The notes: generated by a model from the sequence alone, not told the origin. Positions 37,324-47,566 are shown, numbered from the stretch's first letter. The stretch is DNA of 64,000 nt from Nitrospirota bacterium (GCA_016180645.1 JACPAV010000021.1:1-64000); one strand, 5' to 3'. Made by a program: numbers and translations.

Positions 37324-38348
37324 CCGGCCTCGAGCTGGTCCACCCGCGCGAACCCAACTACCGGCTGCCCGTTCCCCTCGGGCAACAGCACCTCGAACCC
37401 CATGTCCCGGATCATCCGGATATCCGCATTTTCATCGTTGCCCGGAGTGGTGAGGTATCCGTTCGTGAAAATCGAGTTGGCGGCGTAGAGCGCGAGGGGC
37501 TGGAGCGAACGGAGGTTGACTTCCCGTCCACCCGCCGCGCGGATGTCACGCGAGGGGTTGACGAACCTGAACATGGCCAGCGTCTTCAGGCAGTAGGTCG
37601 GGGTGAGTCGCCCCTGGCTTTGCATGGGCGTTCCGGGACGCGGATCCAGGAAATTGACGGGGATGGATTCGACGCCGAGTTCGCGTAGGGCGAAGGCGAG
37701 ATCCACCACGTCTTCATCGGACTCGCCCATTCCGATGATGCCGCCGCAGCAGGCCTCCATGCCGGCTTGCTTGGCGATCTTGACGGTGCTCACGCGGTCT
37801 TGGTAGGTGTGCGTCCCGACCACATCGGGGAAGTGGCGCTCCGCGGTTTCCAGATTGTGATTGAATTTGTCCACTCCGGCCTCCTTGAGGCGGCGGGCCT
37901 TGTCGGGCGTGAGCGTTCCGAGCGAAGTGCAGACGTTGATCTTCAAGGTGCGTTTGATCTCCTCGACGGCCCCGCAGATGACCTCCAGATCCTTGTCCGA
38001 CGGCCCGCGCGTGGCCGTGACGATGCAGAACTTCCAGGCTCCCGAATCGGCCGCGGCGCGAGCCTGTTCGAGGATCTCTTCGCGAGTCATGAGTTTGTGG
38101 CGATCAACGGGCGTTTCGTAGTGGGCCGATTGCGAGCAGAATCCGCAATCCTCCGGACAGCCGCCCATTTTCGCGTTGAGCAGAATGTGAACTTTCACTT
38201 TGTTCCCGTGGTGATGACGCCGGATCCGGTAGGCGGCGTCCAGGATGCTCGGAACGTCGCTCTCCGGCGAGCGCAGCACGGCTAGCGCCTCCTCACGCGA
38301 AGGCGCGTTTCCATTCAAAACTCTCTCCGCCAGTTCCAGCCAGTTCAT
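37320..38348 (-). CDS. bioB: biotin synthase
   Basis: CPEDCGFCSQS radical SAM motif, FNHNLET, CCGGIIGMGE, SIPVNFL, RAAGGRE, ANSIFTNGYLTT. Confidence 0.96.
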   Translation of the reverse strand: MNWLELAERVLNGNAPSREEALAVLRSPESDVPSILDAAYRIRRHHHGNKVKVHILLNAKMGGCPEDCGFCSQSAHYETPVDRHKLMTREEILEQARAAADSGAWKFCIVTATRGPSDKDLEVICGAVEEIKRTLKINVCTSLGTLTPDKARRLKEAGVDKFNHNLETAERHFPDVVGTHTYQDRVSTVKIAKQAGMEACCGGIIGMGESDEDVVDLAFALRELGVESIPVNFLDPRPGTPMQSQGRLTPTYCLKTLAMFRFVNPSRDIRAAGGREVNLRSLQPLALYAANSIFTNGYLTTPGNDENADIRMIRDMGFEVLLPEGNGQPVVGFARVDQLEAG

Positions 38349-38545
38349 TTGGGAGCGCGATCATACCAAATCGCCCGCACAAAACGAAGGTTGACGATCC
38401 GGTTGAGCCCCAAGGGCCGGTTTGCTACGCTTCCCCCGGTGACTGATCAGGCTCCGCCCGTTCCCGCGATGGATCCAAATAGGAAGTCGTCTGCAAGGGT
38501 TGGCCCCTCGGCTCCACCGGGGGAAATCCGGAGAACTGTAATGTC

Positions 38546-40336
38546 ATGAACGTCCCCCGGCAGCCACCCGGGCGGGCCGCGGGCCGGCGCTTCCACGGGT
38601 GGGATCAACCGTACTTTATTTCATCCCTACGTCACTTCTTGCGTCAAAGAACCGGTGGAATCCTTGCGGCTCTGGTTTTGCTTTACGCCATTTCGTTGGT
38701 TTTGTCGTTGCTGACCAATTACAGCTTCGTCTGGACGCAGCCGGAGGAGTTCAATTATCGTGAGTACATCTTGGCCGACGGCCTTCAACTCGGATGGCGC
38801 GACATCCTCAAGGTCTTCGACTGGCAGACCTTCGAATTTACCCCGCGGACCACCCGCCCTCTTTCGTCGCTGATCGAGATTGTCGACACCAAGCTTCGCG
38901 TTTGGCTGTGGCAGTTTGTTCTCCCCCACCCGAGCTTCTCGATCACGTGGGGCCTGCTGCTTTTCGTGAACCCCTTCCTCTTGTACAAACTGCTGCGGGG
39001 TCTTGGAATCGGGAAAGCCTTGTCGGTCATGGTCGCCTCCCTCTACCTCACCCATCCTGCGACCCTTTCCTTGCTGGCTGTGAACTTTCGGCCGGCCAAG
39101 CCCGTCGCCAACTCAGCCATCCTCCTGTGCCTGGTCTTGGCCTCCTCCTGCAATCAGCTTTCCCGGAGCGCGCGGAGTTCGAACGTTGGATCGAGCAGGC
39201 AAGCCGTCCTTTTTGGTTCGCTGTGTCTCATCCTGCTCACCTCCCTGTTCTTCGACGAAACGGCTTTCCTCTCTTTCATTGCCGTGCCCCTGCTGTTCCC
39301 TCGCATCTTTTTTCCCCGAATAGGACGAACATTGCTATATGGCTCAATCCCTCTGGTTGCTTTCGCGTGCTATTTGAAACTCTTTCCCATTCTTGCCCAA
39401 CGGGCTGGATACTCCGGTGAGGGCCTAGACCGCTATGCCGAAATCACCCGGATCACCGGCGACCCTGTCGTCACCGGCCTGACCCAGCTATCGGAAGGAA
39501 ATCATCATTCACTCGCCGACCTTGCCGCTCCCATCAGCCGGTTTGTGTCGACCCTATGGAGGAACGTGGGGGGCGATTTTCCAACTAACGTTGTGATCTT
39601 CTTCTCGGACACACTGGGTCTGGTCAGCCCGTACCTGCCGAAATCATGGCTCTACCTTCCCTTATGGAGTGGGACCCTTCTTCTAGCCCTGTGGGCTGTC
39701 ATCACCATGATGGTCCAACGGCGGAGAGGCGAGTGGGGCAGCGGATCGTTGATGGCATCGGATGTCTACTCGGTTGAGACCGCCTCGGCCGTCCTACTGG
39801 TGGTTGTGACGCTGTGCGCAAACGTCCTGCTCCATGTCGTGGGCAACCACGTCTGGGGGTTGCACTGGCTCAGCACGTTCTGGGCAATCTTCTTCTATCT
39901 GTTTGCCGCTCTGTGGCTGAACAGGGCCAAAATGAGGCTCCCGATCGTGGGCCTCCTCTCCATCTTTATCATGAGCGCATCCTTCTACAACTTCATCCAC
40001 GTGAACAACGCATTCAAGATGTTCTTCTACTATCGCACCGTTGAGATGAGCGAGGTATGGAATCACAAGACGAATCGGTTTACGGTTCCTTTCAGCAGCG
40101 CGGCGACGAACTATCGTTTGACCCGATTGATCTGGGAAAGTCATGAGAACCGGGATTCGATTCAAGGCATTCCAGCAGAACTATATTACCTTGTCCACGA
40201 TCTGAGGCTTGTTCCGCCGGGAACGACGTATCCGAAGACGTACGGGAACTTCTCCGATGGCCACATCGCAACTTTCACCCTGGAACGGTCCACGGGGATC
40301 GCGCGGAAGTACTTTGGCACGATCCCCGAGAATTAG
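38546..40336 (+). CDS. multi-pass membrane protein, possibly GT-C fold glycosyltransferase
   Basis: Many hydrophobic segments; acidic EE and RPL after TM1, FFDET later; T-richer composition than the flanks. Confidence 0.55.
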   Translation: MNVPRQPPGRAAGRRFHGWDQPYFISSLRHFLRQRTGGILAALVLLYAISLVLSLLTNYSFVWTQPEEFNYREYILADGLQLGWRDILKVFDWQTFEFTPRTTRPLSSLIEIVDTKLRVWLWQFVLPHPSFSITWGLLLFVNPFLLYKLLRGLGIGKALSVMVASLYLTHPATLSLLAVNFRPAKPVANSAILLCLVLASSCNQLSRSARSSNVGSSRQAVLFGSLCLILLTSLFFDETAFLSFIAVPLLFPRIFFPRIGRTLLYGSIPLVAFACYLKLFPILAQRAGYSGEGLDRYAEITRITGDPVVTGLTQLSEGNHHSLADLAAPISRFVSTLWRNVGGDFPTNVVIFFSDTLGLVSPYLPKSWLYLPLWSGTLLLALWAVITMMVQRRRGEWGSGSLMASDVYSVETASAVLLVVVTLCANVLLHVVGNHVWGLHWLSTFWAIFFYLFAALWLNRAKMRLPIVGLLSIFIMSASFYNFIHVNNAFKMFFYYRTVEMSEVWNHKTNRFTVPFSSAATNYRLTRLIWESHENRDSIQGIPAELYYLVHDLRLVPPGTTYPKTYGNFSDGHIATFTLERSTGIARKYFGTIPEN

Positions 40337-40522
40337 ATGAGGGGACGCAGTCGCGAGCGACTCGAAAGGTGAGGTCCTCCGGGCCAAGAGCGCTTGTTCA
40401 CGGCCATTCCCGGTTCTCGCCATATCGAAGCATCATGCGCAATGCGTTGCGGTCTCCCGATCTGCGACTCGGAGGAAGGGCGCCGGGTGGGGAGCTGTCG
40501 GTTCTGAGAGGAGGATCACAAG

Positions 40523-43006
40523 TCAGTCGTGCGGACTCGATGGACTTGCGGGTGGTTTGCGGAGAAGGAACTTGATTTGGCCGGTCTTGCCTTCGCCGGT
40601 GAAGGTTGGGCCGGGGGAGCCTGGGAGGGCTTGTGACGGAAAAGGATCCTCCAGTGGGTCAAGGGAGAGATCGGAAACGCGATAGCCTTCGATCCCATAT
40701 CCGGAAAAATCGCCGAGGTGAAATTGAACGTCGAGTCTCCGCTTCGATGTGAAATCGAGCGTGGCCGTAATGTCATCCTTCGCCGTCAGTAGAACGATTC
40801 CTCCCCCCACGAACTGGAATTCCGTCGAGCTGTTTCGCTTCGGGTAGAGATGGATTCGCCACGGTTGCGTCGCTCGTTCGAGCGTGGTTACGGTGGTGTC
40901 CTTGGTGTCGGCCAGCGTGTCGACGTCAGCCGGCGCGAGGGGAAGGATGGCGGGAAGCCGCACGAAGAGACCGATCCTGTCCAACGGTATCGGATACGAG
41001 GCGAGGTTCGCCGGTCCCGTGAAGTATTCCTCGGTCCAGAAATCGATCCAAGAGTCCTTCGGGAGATAGATATCTCTTGAAGTCGCCTCTTCCACGACCG
41101 GGGCGACCAGCAGCGATCCGCCGAAAAGGTATTCGTGGGGGGCCTCGTAGGAACGTGGATCGGCAGGGAAGTCGAGGGGGAGCGCCCGCATGATCGGGGT
41201 GCCCGTCTCATGGGCCACGGCGGCATGCGCGTAAAGGTAGGGAAAGAGCGAAATGTGGAGCCGGGCGTAATCCCGCAGGATCCGGAGCGTTTCCTCATCA
41301 TGGGGCTTGGCCCAGGGGCGATGTTCACCGCCCCCCCCCAACTGCATGATGGGCGAGAAGGCTCCGAACTCGGCCCATCGGATGAGGGTGTTCTTGGCCG
41401 GGGTGCCACCTCGGAATCCGCCCACGTCGGAGCCGTAGAAAGGGAAACCTGACAGGCCGAGGTTGATCCCGCCCCAGACGGCGGCGGGGAGTCCGCCGAT
41501 GATGCCTGGGGAATCCACCCCCACGGTGTGGTCCGAAAAATCATTGGCGAGGTCGCCCGGCCAGATGCAGGAGTAGAGGCTCTGAGATCCATACGTCCCC
41601 GCCCTCGAGATGGAGAACCAGTCGTCGCCATGGATCTTCTTCGTGACATCGTAGAACGCCTGGTGGTAGAGAAACTTGTAGAGGGCGTGCATGCGGTTGG
41701 CGTCCAGCCCGTTGAAGAACGTGTAGAGTCCGCCAACGTCCTCCCCGGCGAGAGCGGGAAGGATCTCTTCGCCGAAATCGAGTTTCCAGCCTTGTATGCC
41801 GAGGCTCAGGAGCTTTTTCGCAAGGTCCTGGTACCAGCGGCGCGCCTCCGGGTTGGTGAAATCCACCATGGCCCCCGGACCGCGGCTCCATGGGGAGATA
41901 AACGGAGAGCCGTCGGATGTTCGCACGAGGTAGTTCTTTGATTTGGCCTCGTCGAAATAGTCTTTCATGTCCGGTTCCGCGGCCAGGTCCGGGTGGTTGA
42001 CATGCTGGGTGATCCACGCGATGACGCGAAAGCCCTTCCGGTTAAGGAACTTGATCAGTCCCTCCGGATCGGGAAATCGGTGGGTCTTGTCGAAGTCGAA
42101 GCTGTTGTGGCCCGTCTCGTAGGGGGCGTCGATCCAGAACACGCTCGAGGGAAAATCGAGCGAGCGGAGCGTTTCCGCGTCTTCCATCGCATCCTTCTGC
42201 GCCTGTCCCGGCGGGTCGCGGTCGTACTCGTTCCGCCAGAAGTGGACACCGAACGCCCATCGCGGAGGCATCGGAGGAGTGCCGGTTTCCACTGCATACC
42301 GCTGAAGGAGTTCAAGGGGCGAAGCGCCTTGATACACATGGACCGTGAGGGATTGGGTGTAGAACTCGGACCGGATCCGGTCGGCGGTGGTCTGCCCGAC
42401 GTCCACATATCCGCGCTCGCGGTTGGCCACCCAGACGGAGTAGCCGTAATTCGACAAATAGAAGGGGATAGGCAAATGGGCTTCATTGTTCCCGCTTTCG
42501 CTGTTTGCGAGTTCGATCTGCATGGCGCGCCGGCGCCCGTTGTTCAAAAGGGAATCGAAGTTTTCGCCCAGGCCGAGGATTCTTTCATCCGGGCGAAGTT
42601 CATGGGAGAAGACGAGGAACATGGCCTCCGGGGCCGGTCCGAGGCTGAGCCTCCATTTTCGATCGTCCAGCTTCTCCATCTTGAACGGGAGAGCCGTCCC
42701 GCCTGAAAAAGTCACCGTTCCCTCACATAGGACGGTGGTGCAGGGGCCAGCCTGCGCATCGATGGCATCCAGCGCCCGGTGCGCCTTGATGAGCGAGAAG
42801 TTTCCATTGCGAAGCAGCGATTCGCCGTCCGTTCCCCACCGGATTCCGAAGGGGGACAGCGTTACACGTGCTTCGACGGGGGTGGAGATCAGGGTTTGTG
42901 GCGCGTCCGGCTTTTTCTCGCCGGAACATGCCGCAGCCAAGGCGCAGAGGCTCAGCCATGAGCCGAGGGACGTGGGAGAGTTCCGACCGTCAAGACGGAA
43001 GAGCAT
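40523..43006 (-). CDS. GH31 glycoside hydrolase lipoprotein
   Basis: GLGE, IPFYLS, PPRWAFG, WIDAPY, DFTNPEARRWY, nucleophile WKLDFGE, acid/base WPGD, GSDVGGF, LLVAPV; lipobox LAAAC with start 43006. Confidence 0.9.
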   Translation of the reverse strand: MLFRLDGRNSPTSLGSWLSLCALAAACSGEKKPDAPQTLISTPVEARVTLSPFGIRWGTDGESLLRNGNFSLIKAHRALDAIDAQAGPCTTVLCEGTVTFSGGTALPFKMEKLDDRKWRLSLGPAPEAMFLVFSHELRPDERILGLGENFDSLLNNGRRRAMQIELANSESGNNEAHLPIPFYLSNYGYSVWVANRERGYVDVGQTTADRIRSEFYTQSLTVHVYQGASPLELLQRYAVETGTPPMPPRWAFGVHFWRNEYDRDPPGQAQKDAMEDAETLRSLDFPSSVFWIDAPYETGHNSFDFDKTHRFPDPEGLIKFLNRKGFRVIAWITQHVNHPDLAAEPDMKDYFDEAKSKNYLVRTSDGSPFISPWSRGPGAMVDFTNPEARRWYQDLAKKLLSLGIQGWKLDFGEEILPALAGEDVGGLYTFFNGLDANRMHALYKFLYHQAFYDVTKKIHGDDWFSISRAGTYGSQSLYSCIWPGDLANDFSDHTVGVDSPGIIGGLPAAVWGGINLGLSGFPFYGSDVGGFRGGTPAKNTLIRWAEFGAFSPIMQLGGGGEHRPWAKPHDEETLRILRDYARLHISLFPYLYAHAAVAHETGTPIMRALPLDFPADPRSYEAPHEYLFGGSLLVAPVVEEATSRDIYLPKDSWIDFWTEEYFTGPANLASYPIPLDRIGLFVRLPAILPLAPADVDTLADTKDTTVTTLERATQPWRIHLYPKRNSSTEFQFVGGGIVLLTAKDDITATLDFTSKRRLDVQFHLGDFSGYGIEGYRVSDLSLDPLEDPFPSQALPGSPGPTFTGEGKTGQIKFLLRKPPASPSSPHD

Positions 43007-43092
43007 GCGTGGTGCGATTGTCGCCCAAGCCAACCCCACCCGCAAGGGAAGACGGGATTGTTCATGGGCGGGCGAAATCCGATACAATACAG

Positions 43093-43108
43093 ATCGGAAA
43101 TTTCCGAT
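43093..43108. promoter_or_regulatory. perfect 16-bp palindrome, putative operator
   Basis: ATCGGAAATTTCCGAT between the divergent GH31 and OmpA starts. Confidence 0.5.
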
Positions 43109-43114
43109 TTCGTA

Positions 43115-44812
43115 ATGTTCCACTCGAATCGAAAAGGCCGATTCAGGCTGGTCGCCGTGCTCGGGGGTTGGACGCTCTGCACGCTTTCAGCCTCCGCTGA
43201 GGCCTATTCGCGGGGTACCACTCAAACGGGAGGCGGCGGGTTCCTGAGGGCGTATTCCACACAAAGGACCGAGGAGGGGGTAGGGATGCTCAAGTTCCAA
43301 ACGGGGTTCTTCGTGGCCGAGGATTTCATGATGGAAGGGGATCGGCACAAGAGCGTGGATGGGTCGATTTCCTATACATACAGCCCGGGCTATCTGCTCC
43401 CTTTCAATCGTCTGGAATTCTCCTTTGCGAGCGACGGCAAGTATCAGCCGATGACTCTCCCCGAGGAGGGACAACGGAACGACGGCTATTTCGGGAACCT
43501 GACCGCGGGGCTCAAAGTTCTGGCTGTGGACAGCCGGTATGTGGATGTGGGCCTGGCCGCCATCGCGAAACTTTTCAATCAAGAGGAGACGGCGGGACTC
43601 GCCCCGGCATCCCTCAGCCCCACCTTCCTGATCCTTGGCACGGTGGATCTCCAGGACATCCGATTTCACCTGAACGCCGGCCTTTACAACGACCACTCGC
43701 AAAAGGCGCTGCTCACCCGCCTTGATGAATTGAGCCGCCCGCTGCGGTTTGCGCAAGGAGTCTACATCGAGGACAGTTGGGTTCTCGGCGTGGTGATGGA
43801 AGTTCCGGTCGGCAACGCCTCCGCCTTCATCGAGGGTTTCACCTATCAGGACCGCGACGGCAAGGCCCTGAGCAGCGAGACGTCCGGCTCGCGTTCAACG
43901 GCGATGGAGCGAAGGGATATTTCTTTTCTGCAGAACCCGGTGTGGCTGACACCGGGCCTGAAGGCCCGCGTCTCGCCGCGGTGGGTGGTGGACGGCGCGA
44001 TGGACGTGGGACTGCTCACAGGGGATTTCCCGGGATTCCTCGACACGGGAATCCTGCCGCCGTGGCGATTTGTGTTCGGACTGTCCTACCTGACCGGTGT
44101 TCCAGAGTCTCCACGAAGAGGGCGTGAGGACTCCACCGCGGCGGGGGGGGGGAGATTGGTGGGGCGCGTGATGGAAGCCGGCAGCGACGAACCCCTTGAG
44201 AATGTGACGATCGCCTTCTCCGATCCACAGCTCGTTCCGAGGGTGACCATTCCGGGGGGGCACTTCGAGGTGGAGCACTTCCCCTCGGGGGATTATGCCG
44301 TTGTGGCCAGCTTGGGGGGGTATGAAACTCTCACGCAGAAGTTTCAGATTCGGGAGGGCGAGGTGTTCAATCTATCGCTCCCGCTGGTGAAAGGATCGGC
44401 GGCGGCGGCGAAACGAACGGTGGCCAAGGCGAAAAGCGAGGGAGTGCACGAGAAGCGGATCGTCTTCGAGTTTGGCAAGGTGGATCTGCCGTCCGAATCG
44501 TATCCGGTCCTCGACCGGCTGGCGGAACTCCTGCGGTCGCGTCCGGAGGTGCTTCTCCGAATCGAAGGTCACACGGACGGGATTGGGGAGTTCGCCGTGA
44601 ACCAGATCCTCAGTCGGGGTCGGGCCATCGTGGTGGCCGACTACCTGGCCGCGAAAGGGATCAATCGAAAGCGTCTGGTCCCCATCGGCCTTGGACCGAG
44701 GTATCCTTCAGGAACGAATGCCACGGAGGAGGGGCGCCAGAAGAACCGTCGGGTGGAGTTCGAGCTGATCCCGCTTCCGCTCCAGAACGGTCAGGGGGAG
44801 GTGAGCAAATAG
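43115..44812 (+). CDS. OmpA-family protein (barrel, carboxypeptidase-regulatory-like domain, OmpA C-terminal domain)
   Basis: Signal ending AEA; GRLVGRVMEAGSDEPL...GDYAVVASLGGY; IEGHTDGIG...NQILSRGRA...NRRVEF. Confidence 0.88.
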   Translation: MFHSNRKGRFRLVAVLGGWTLCTLSASAEAYSRGTTQTGGGGFLRAYSTQRTEEGVGMLKFQTGFFVAEDFMMEGDRHKSVDGSISYTYSPGYLLPFNRLEFSFASDGKYQPMTLPEEGQRNDGYFGNLTAGLKVLAVDSRYVDVGLAAIAKLFNQEETAGLAPASLSPTFLILGTVDLQDIRFHLNAGLYNDHSQKALLTRLDELSRPLRFAQGVYIEDSWVLGVVMEVPVGNASAFIEGFTYQDRDGKALSSETSGSRSTAMERRDISFLQNPVWLTPGLKARVSPRWVVDGAMDVGLLTGDFPGFLDTGILPPWRFVFGLSYLTGVPESPRRGREDSTAAGGGRLVGRVMEAGSDEPLENVTIAFSDPQLVPRVTIPGGHFEVEHFPSGDYAVVASLGGYETLTQKFQIREGEVFNLSLPLVKGSAAAAKRTVAKAKSEGVHEKRIVFEFGKVDLPSESYPVLDRLAELLRSRPEVLLRIEGHTDGIGEFAVNQILSRGRAIVVADYLAAKGINRKRLVPIGLGPRYPSGTNATEEGRQKNRRVEFELIPLPLQNGQGEVSK

Positions 44813-46800
44813 AGTCGGCCCTCGCGGGGTCCGAGCTCCACCCGGTGGGTTTTCGAGGCGACCATTCTCTCGCCGCTGAAGATCTCTTCAATTCTGTCGT
44901 ACTGGCGTACGTCCAGATCGATCGACCGAGGGGAGTCCTCCCCATTAAGCACGGCGACCACACTCGACTTGCCCGTTTCGCGGATCCAAAGAGGCGGGAT
45001 GGGAAAGCTCCCCGGAACGAGGTACGGTTCGAGATTGGTCTTTGGGATGATTCGCGCTGGGTATTGGAATAGGTCGGGGATGGTGAAGTATTCCTCTTCG
45101 GGCTTGCCGCCATACAGCAATGGAATCAATGGCGCGATGCGTCGATAGAGAGCCAGCCGATCGGGTGGAAGGGCGGGGAGGTGATCGCCGATGGCGAAGA
45201 TCCCGGGCGCCATGAGCGCCGCCGAGAGAAAGAATCGCGCTTCGTTTTCCGGAAGATCGCGGACGAGGGCGGCATCCGGGTCCGGCGCGATGGCCGGCCA
45301 TGGAAAATGGCGCGTGGCGAGGTTCAGCACCTCCGCCTTGACGTATCGCCATTCCAGCGGGAGATTGAAGAAGGCCACGTCCGGCCCGATCCGGATTCCG
45401 TGGGCGACACCGACGGAGGGGAGAAGCGGAGCGCCGCACGCCAGGATGTAGGCCTCGGGACCGGCGGCTTCCCCAATCCCCAGCATCGCGCCGCGATACG
45501 CTTCGAGCGCGGTCTTGTTGGAGTCGTATCGCTTTCCCTCGATGGCGCCGCCGAATAGAAAGTCCAGCTTGAGATAGCGGTATCCCCAGCCGACGATCTT
45601 CCGGATCTGGCCGAGCATCCAGGCGTTTGCCTCGGGGTGAGTCGTATCGAGGATGAGTTTCGTCGCTCCCCCGCCGAAATTGGCCACGCCGTATTTGACG
45701 AGTTCGCCGTCGGAGCCGCGCAAGAACCAGTCGGGATGCTGCTTGGCCACCGACGAAGTTACATCGACCAGGAACGGTGCGAACCAGATGCCGGGAATGA
45801 ATCCCATTTCCCGTATCTTTTGCGCGGTCCCGTCCATTCCGTCCGGGAATTTCTCATTGGCTTCCCACTCGCCCCAGTTCTTCTCCCATCCGTCATCCAC
45901 CTGAATGTTGTTGATCCCCAACTCCGGCAGGTTTTCCTTGATGAACTGCGCATTGGCCAGCACGTCCGCTTCCGTCACCTTGTCGAACAGCGTATTCCAC
46001 GAGTTCCAGCCAACGGGAACGAAGGGTGGTTTGATGGGTGATGGCTGGAAAGTCACCGAAGGAGGCCTGATCGAGAGACGGCGAGGAGGAGCCGGGGAGA
46101 CGGCGCCGTTCAAAATGAGGTCTTCGAAGGAAACCTCTGATCCCGGTCGAAGCGGAACCGAATCCCCTGTCGCTCCTTGGACGGCGTAGAGACCGCCTTT
46201 CTGGAGCAGGAACCTTGTCTTCCAAACCCGCGCCGTGGCGACGACGGAGATGACGGATGGGGGGTATTCCCAGTTTCCGGGACCGGCGTACCACCAAGAG
46301 GTTGAAGCCTCAAGAGACACGACATCCGTGTTGAAGGCTTGGACTCGATCCCGGTCGGCGGGCGCTGCGTTTCTCACCATCCCCTCATCCAAGAGCGGAG
46401 AGATCGACCAGGACTGATAGCCGTTGGCCAACCACGTGCCATTTGAACTGCGCTGAATCGGACCTAGGCTGAACCCCTGTAGGCGCACGGGGGTTGACCC
46501 CCCATTCGATACACGGATGTCGATGAAGTTCTGGCCTGCCTTGAACGAAAGGGTCAGATCCTCCACGGTGGAGGACACAAGGCCACTGTCGTCTTGGAAA
46601 CGTTCGAATGCCAACCATCGATCGTCCACTTTCAAATGCACTTGGTAGGGAATGGTTCCGTCCTCCGCGACGATAGAGCCGCCGTAGGACGGAGGATTGC
46701 ATGGGCCGCCGTTGCAGAGAGTCCTTTCCTCGCAGCCGGGCACAAGGGCGAGACACAAGACCACCGGGAGCATGAGTCCAGCGACTCGTCGGATGCTCAA
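44791..46800 (-). CDS. GH36 alpha-galactosidase-like lipoprotein
   Basis: GWNSWNT, QVDDGWE, KFPDGM, GIWFAPF, LDTTHPEA, YLKLDF, LACGAP, RIGPDV; lipobox VPGC; TTG start overlaps the PIN stop. Confidence 0.88.
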   Translation of the reverse strand: MSIRRVAGLMLPVVLCLALVPGCEERTLCNGGPCNPPSYGGSIVAEDGTIPYQVHLKVDDRWLAFERFQDDSGLVSSTVEDLTLSFKAGQNFIDIRVSNGGSTPVRLQGFSLGPIQRSSNGTWLANGYQSWSISPLLDEGMVRNAAPADRDRVQAFNTDVVSLEASTSWWYAGPGNWEYPPSVISVVATARVWKTRFLLQKGGLYAVQGATGDSVPLRPGSEVSFEDLILNGAVSPAPPRRLSIRPPSVTFQPSPIKPPFVPVGWNSWNTLFDKVTEADVLANAQFIKENLPELGINNIQVDDGWEKNWGEWEANEKFPDGMDGTAQKIREMGFIPGIWFAPFLVDVTSSVAKQHPDWFLRGSDGELVKYGVANFGGGATKLILDTTHPEANAWMLGQIRKIVGWGYRYLKLDFLFGGAIEGKRYDSNKTALEAYRGAMLGIGEAAGPEAYILACGAPLLPSVGVAHGIRIGPDVAFFNLPLEWRYVKAEVLNLATRHFPWPAIAPDPDAALVRDLPENEARFFLSAALMAPGIFAIGDHLPALPPDRLALYRRIAPLIPLLYGGKPEEEYFTIPDLFQYPARIIPKTNLEPYLVPGSFPIPPLWIRETGKSSVVAVLNGEDSPRSIDLDVRQYDRIEEIFSGERMVASKTHRVELGPREGRLYLLTSP

Positions 46801-47189
46801 TACGGTTTCCTCGCGTCTACGCCTGGGAGGGGGCGGAAGTGCTTGAGATTGAGGGTGTAGAGAGGAAGGGCCAGACGCGCAGCCGTGGCCCCAATCAACG
46901 CGTCGATGATCTCGGTGCCGTGACTGAGTCTGAATCTCTCGAACAGCGCCAGCCCGAGGGCGGAGTCCTCGGCCGTGAGGTGAACAACCGGCAGGGGGTT
47001 AAGTTCCTTTTTCAGGCGCGCGACTTCGGCACCTGTCCGGCAGCCATCGACAAGCTCCATCCAGACGAGCACCGGGATACCGATAACCTGGTGTCGGATC
47101 GATTGGAACCATTCGAGGGATTGGCCCAGCTTTCTGCCGACATCGACCAGAACGGACGTATCGAGGAGCAGATCGGGACCGGCGATCAC
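46797..47189 (-). CDS. PIN-domain (VapC-like) toxin
   Basis: LLLDTSVLVD, WMELVDG, IIDALIGATA, LYTLNLKHF; GTG start overlaps the antitoxin TGA (GTGA). Confidence 0.88.
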   Translation of the reverse strand: MIAGPDLLLDTSVLVDVGRKLGQSLEWFQSIRHQVIGIPVLVWMELVDGCRTGAEVARLKKELNPLPVVHLTAEDSALGLALFERFRLSHGTEIIDALIGATAARLALPLYTLNLKHFRPLPGVDARKPY

Positions 47190-47566
47190 CTGGACGGTTG
47201 GCAGGCGCGACGGCTCGCCCTTTTCCGGAGCTGACGGGCAAACTCTGCGCTGCTCCGTATGTCTTTCCGATCGGCCCACATGCCGACGAAGCCAGAGTTG
47301 AGCAGGTCGAAGGCCGTGCCCTTCCGAACGTCGGGGATCTCAATCGTTCCCAGGCGGTAGGCTTGTCGGCGGCCGTCGTTGACCAGCAGGATGGACTGGC
47401 CCTGCTGCCGGAGATCGCGTATGAGGCGCAAGACAGTTCGACCAGATACTCCGAGGACCGCGGCGAGGGCGGTGAGCGTGACGGACTCGCTACGGAGAGT
47501 ATCCAACAGCCGGCTCTCCAAGAAGGACCGGCGGACTTCACGTAGCCCCTTTCTTGTCGTAGCCAT
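47186..47566 (-). CDS. putative antitoxin: winged HTH plus VapB-like tail
   Basis: TLTALAAVLGVSGRTVLRLIRDLRQQG HTH; C-terminal FVGMWADRKDIRSSAEFARQLR; directly upstream of the PIN gene. Confidence 0.7.
   Translation of the reverse strand: MATTRKGLREVRRSFLESRLLDTLRSESVTLTALAAVLGVSGRTVLRLIRDLRQQGQSILLVNDGRRQAYRLGTIEIPDVRKGTAFDLLNSGFVGMWADRKDIRSSAEFARQLRKRASRRACQPSR

Noticed and set aside
37320-38348. Radical SAM enzyme as maturase for the peptide at 10136-10300
   Set aside because: It has full biotin synthase signatures, no RRE or SPASM domain, and lies 27 kb away.
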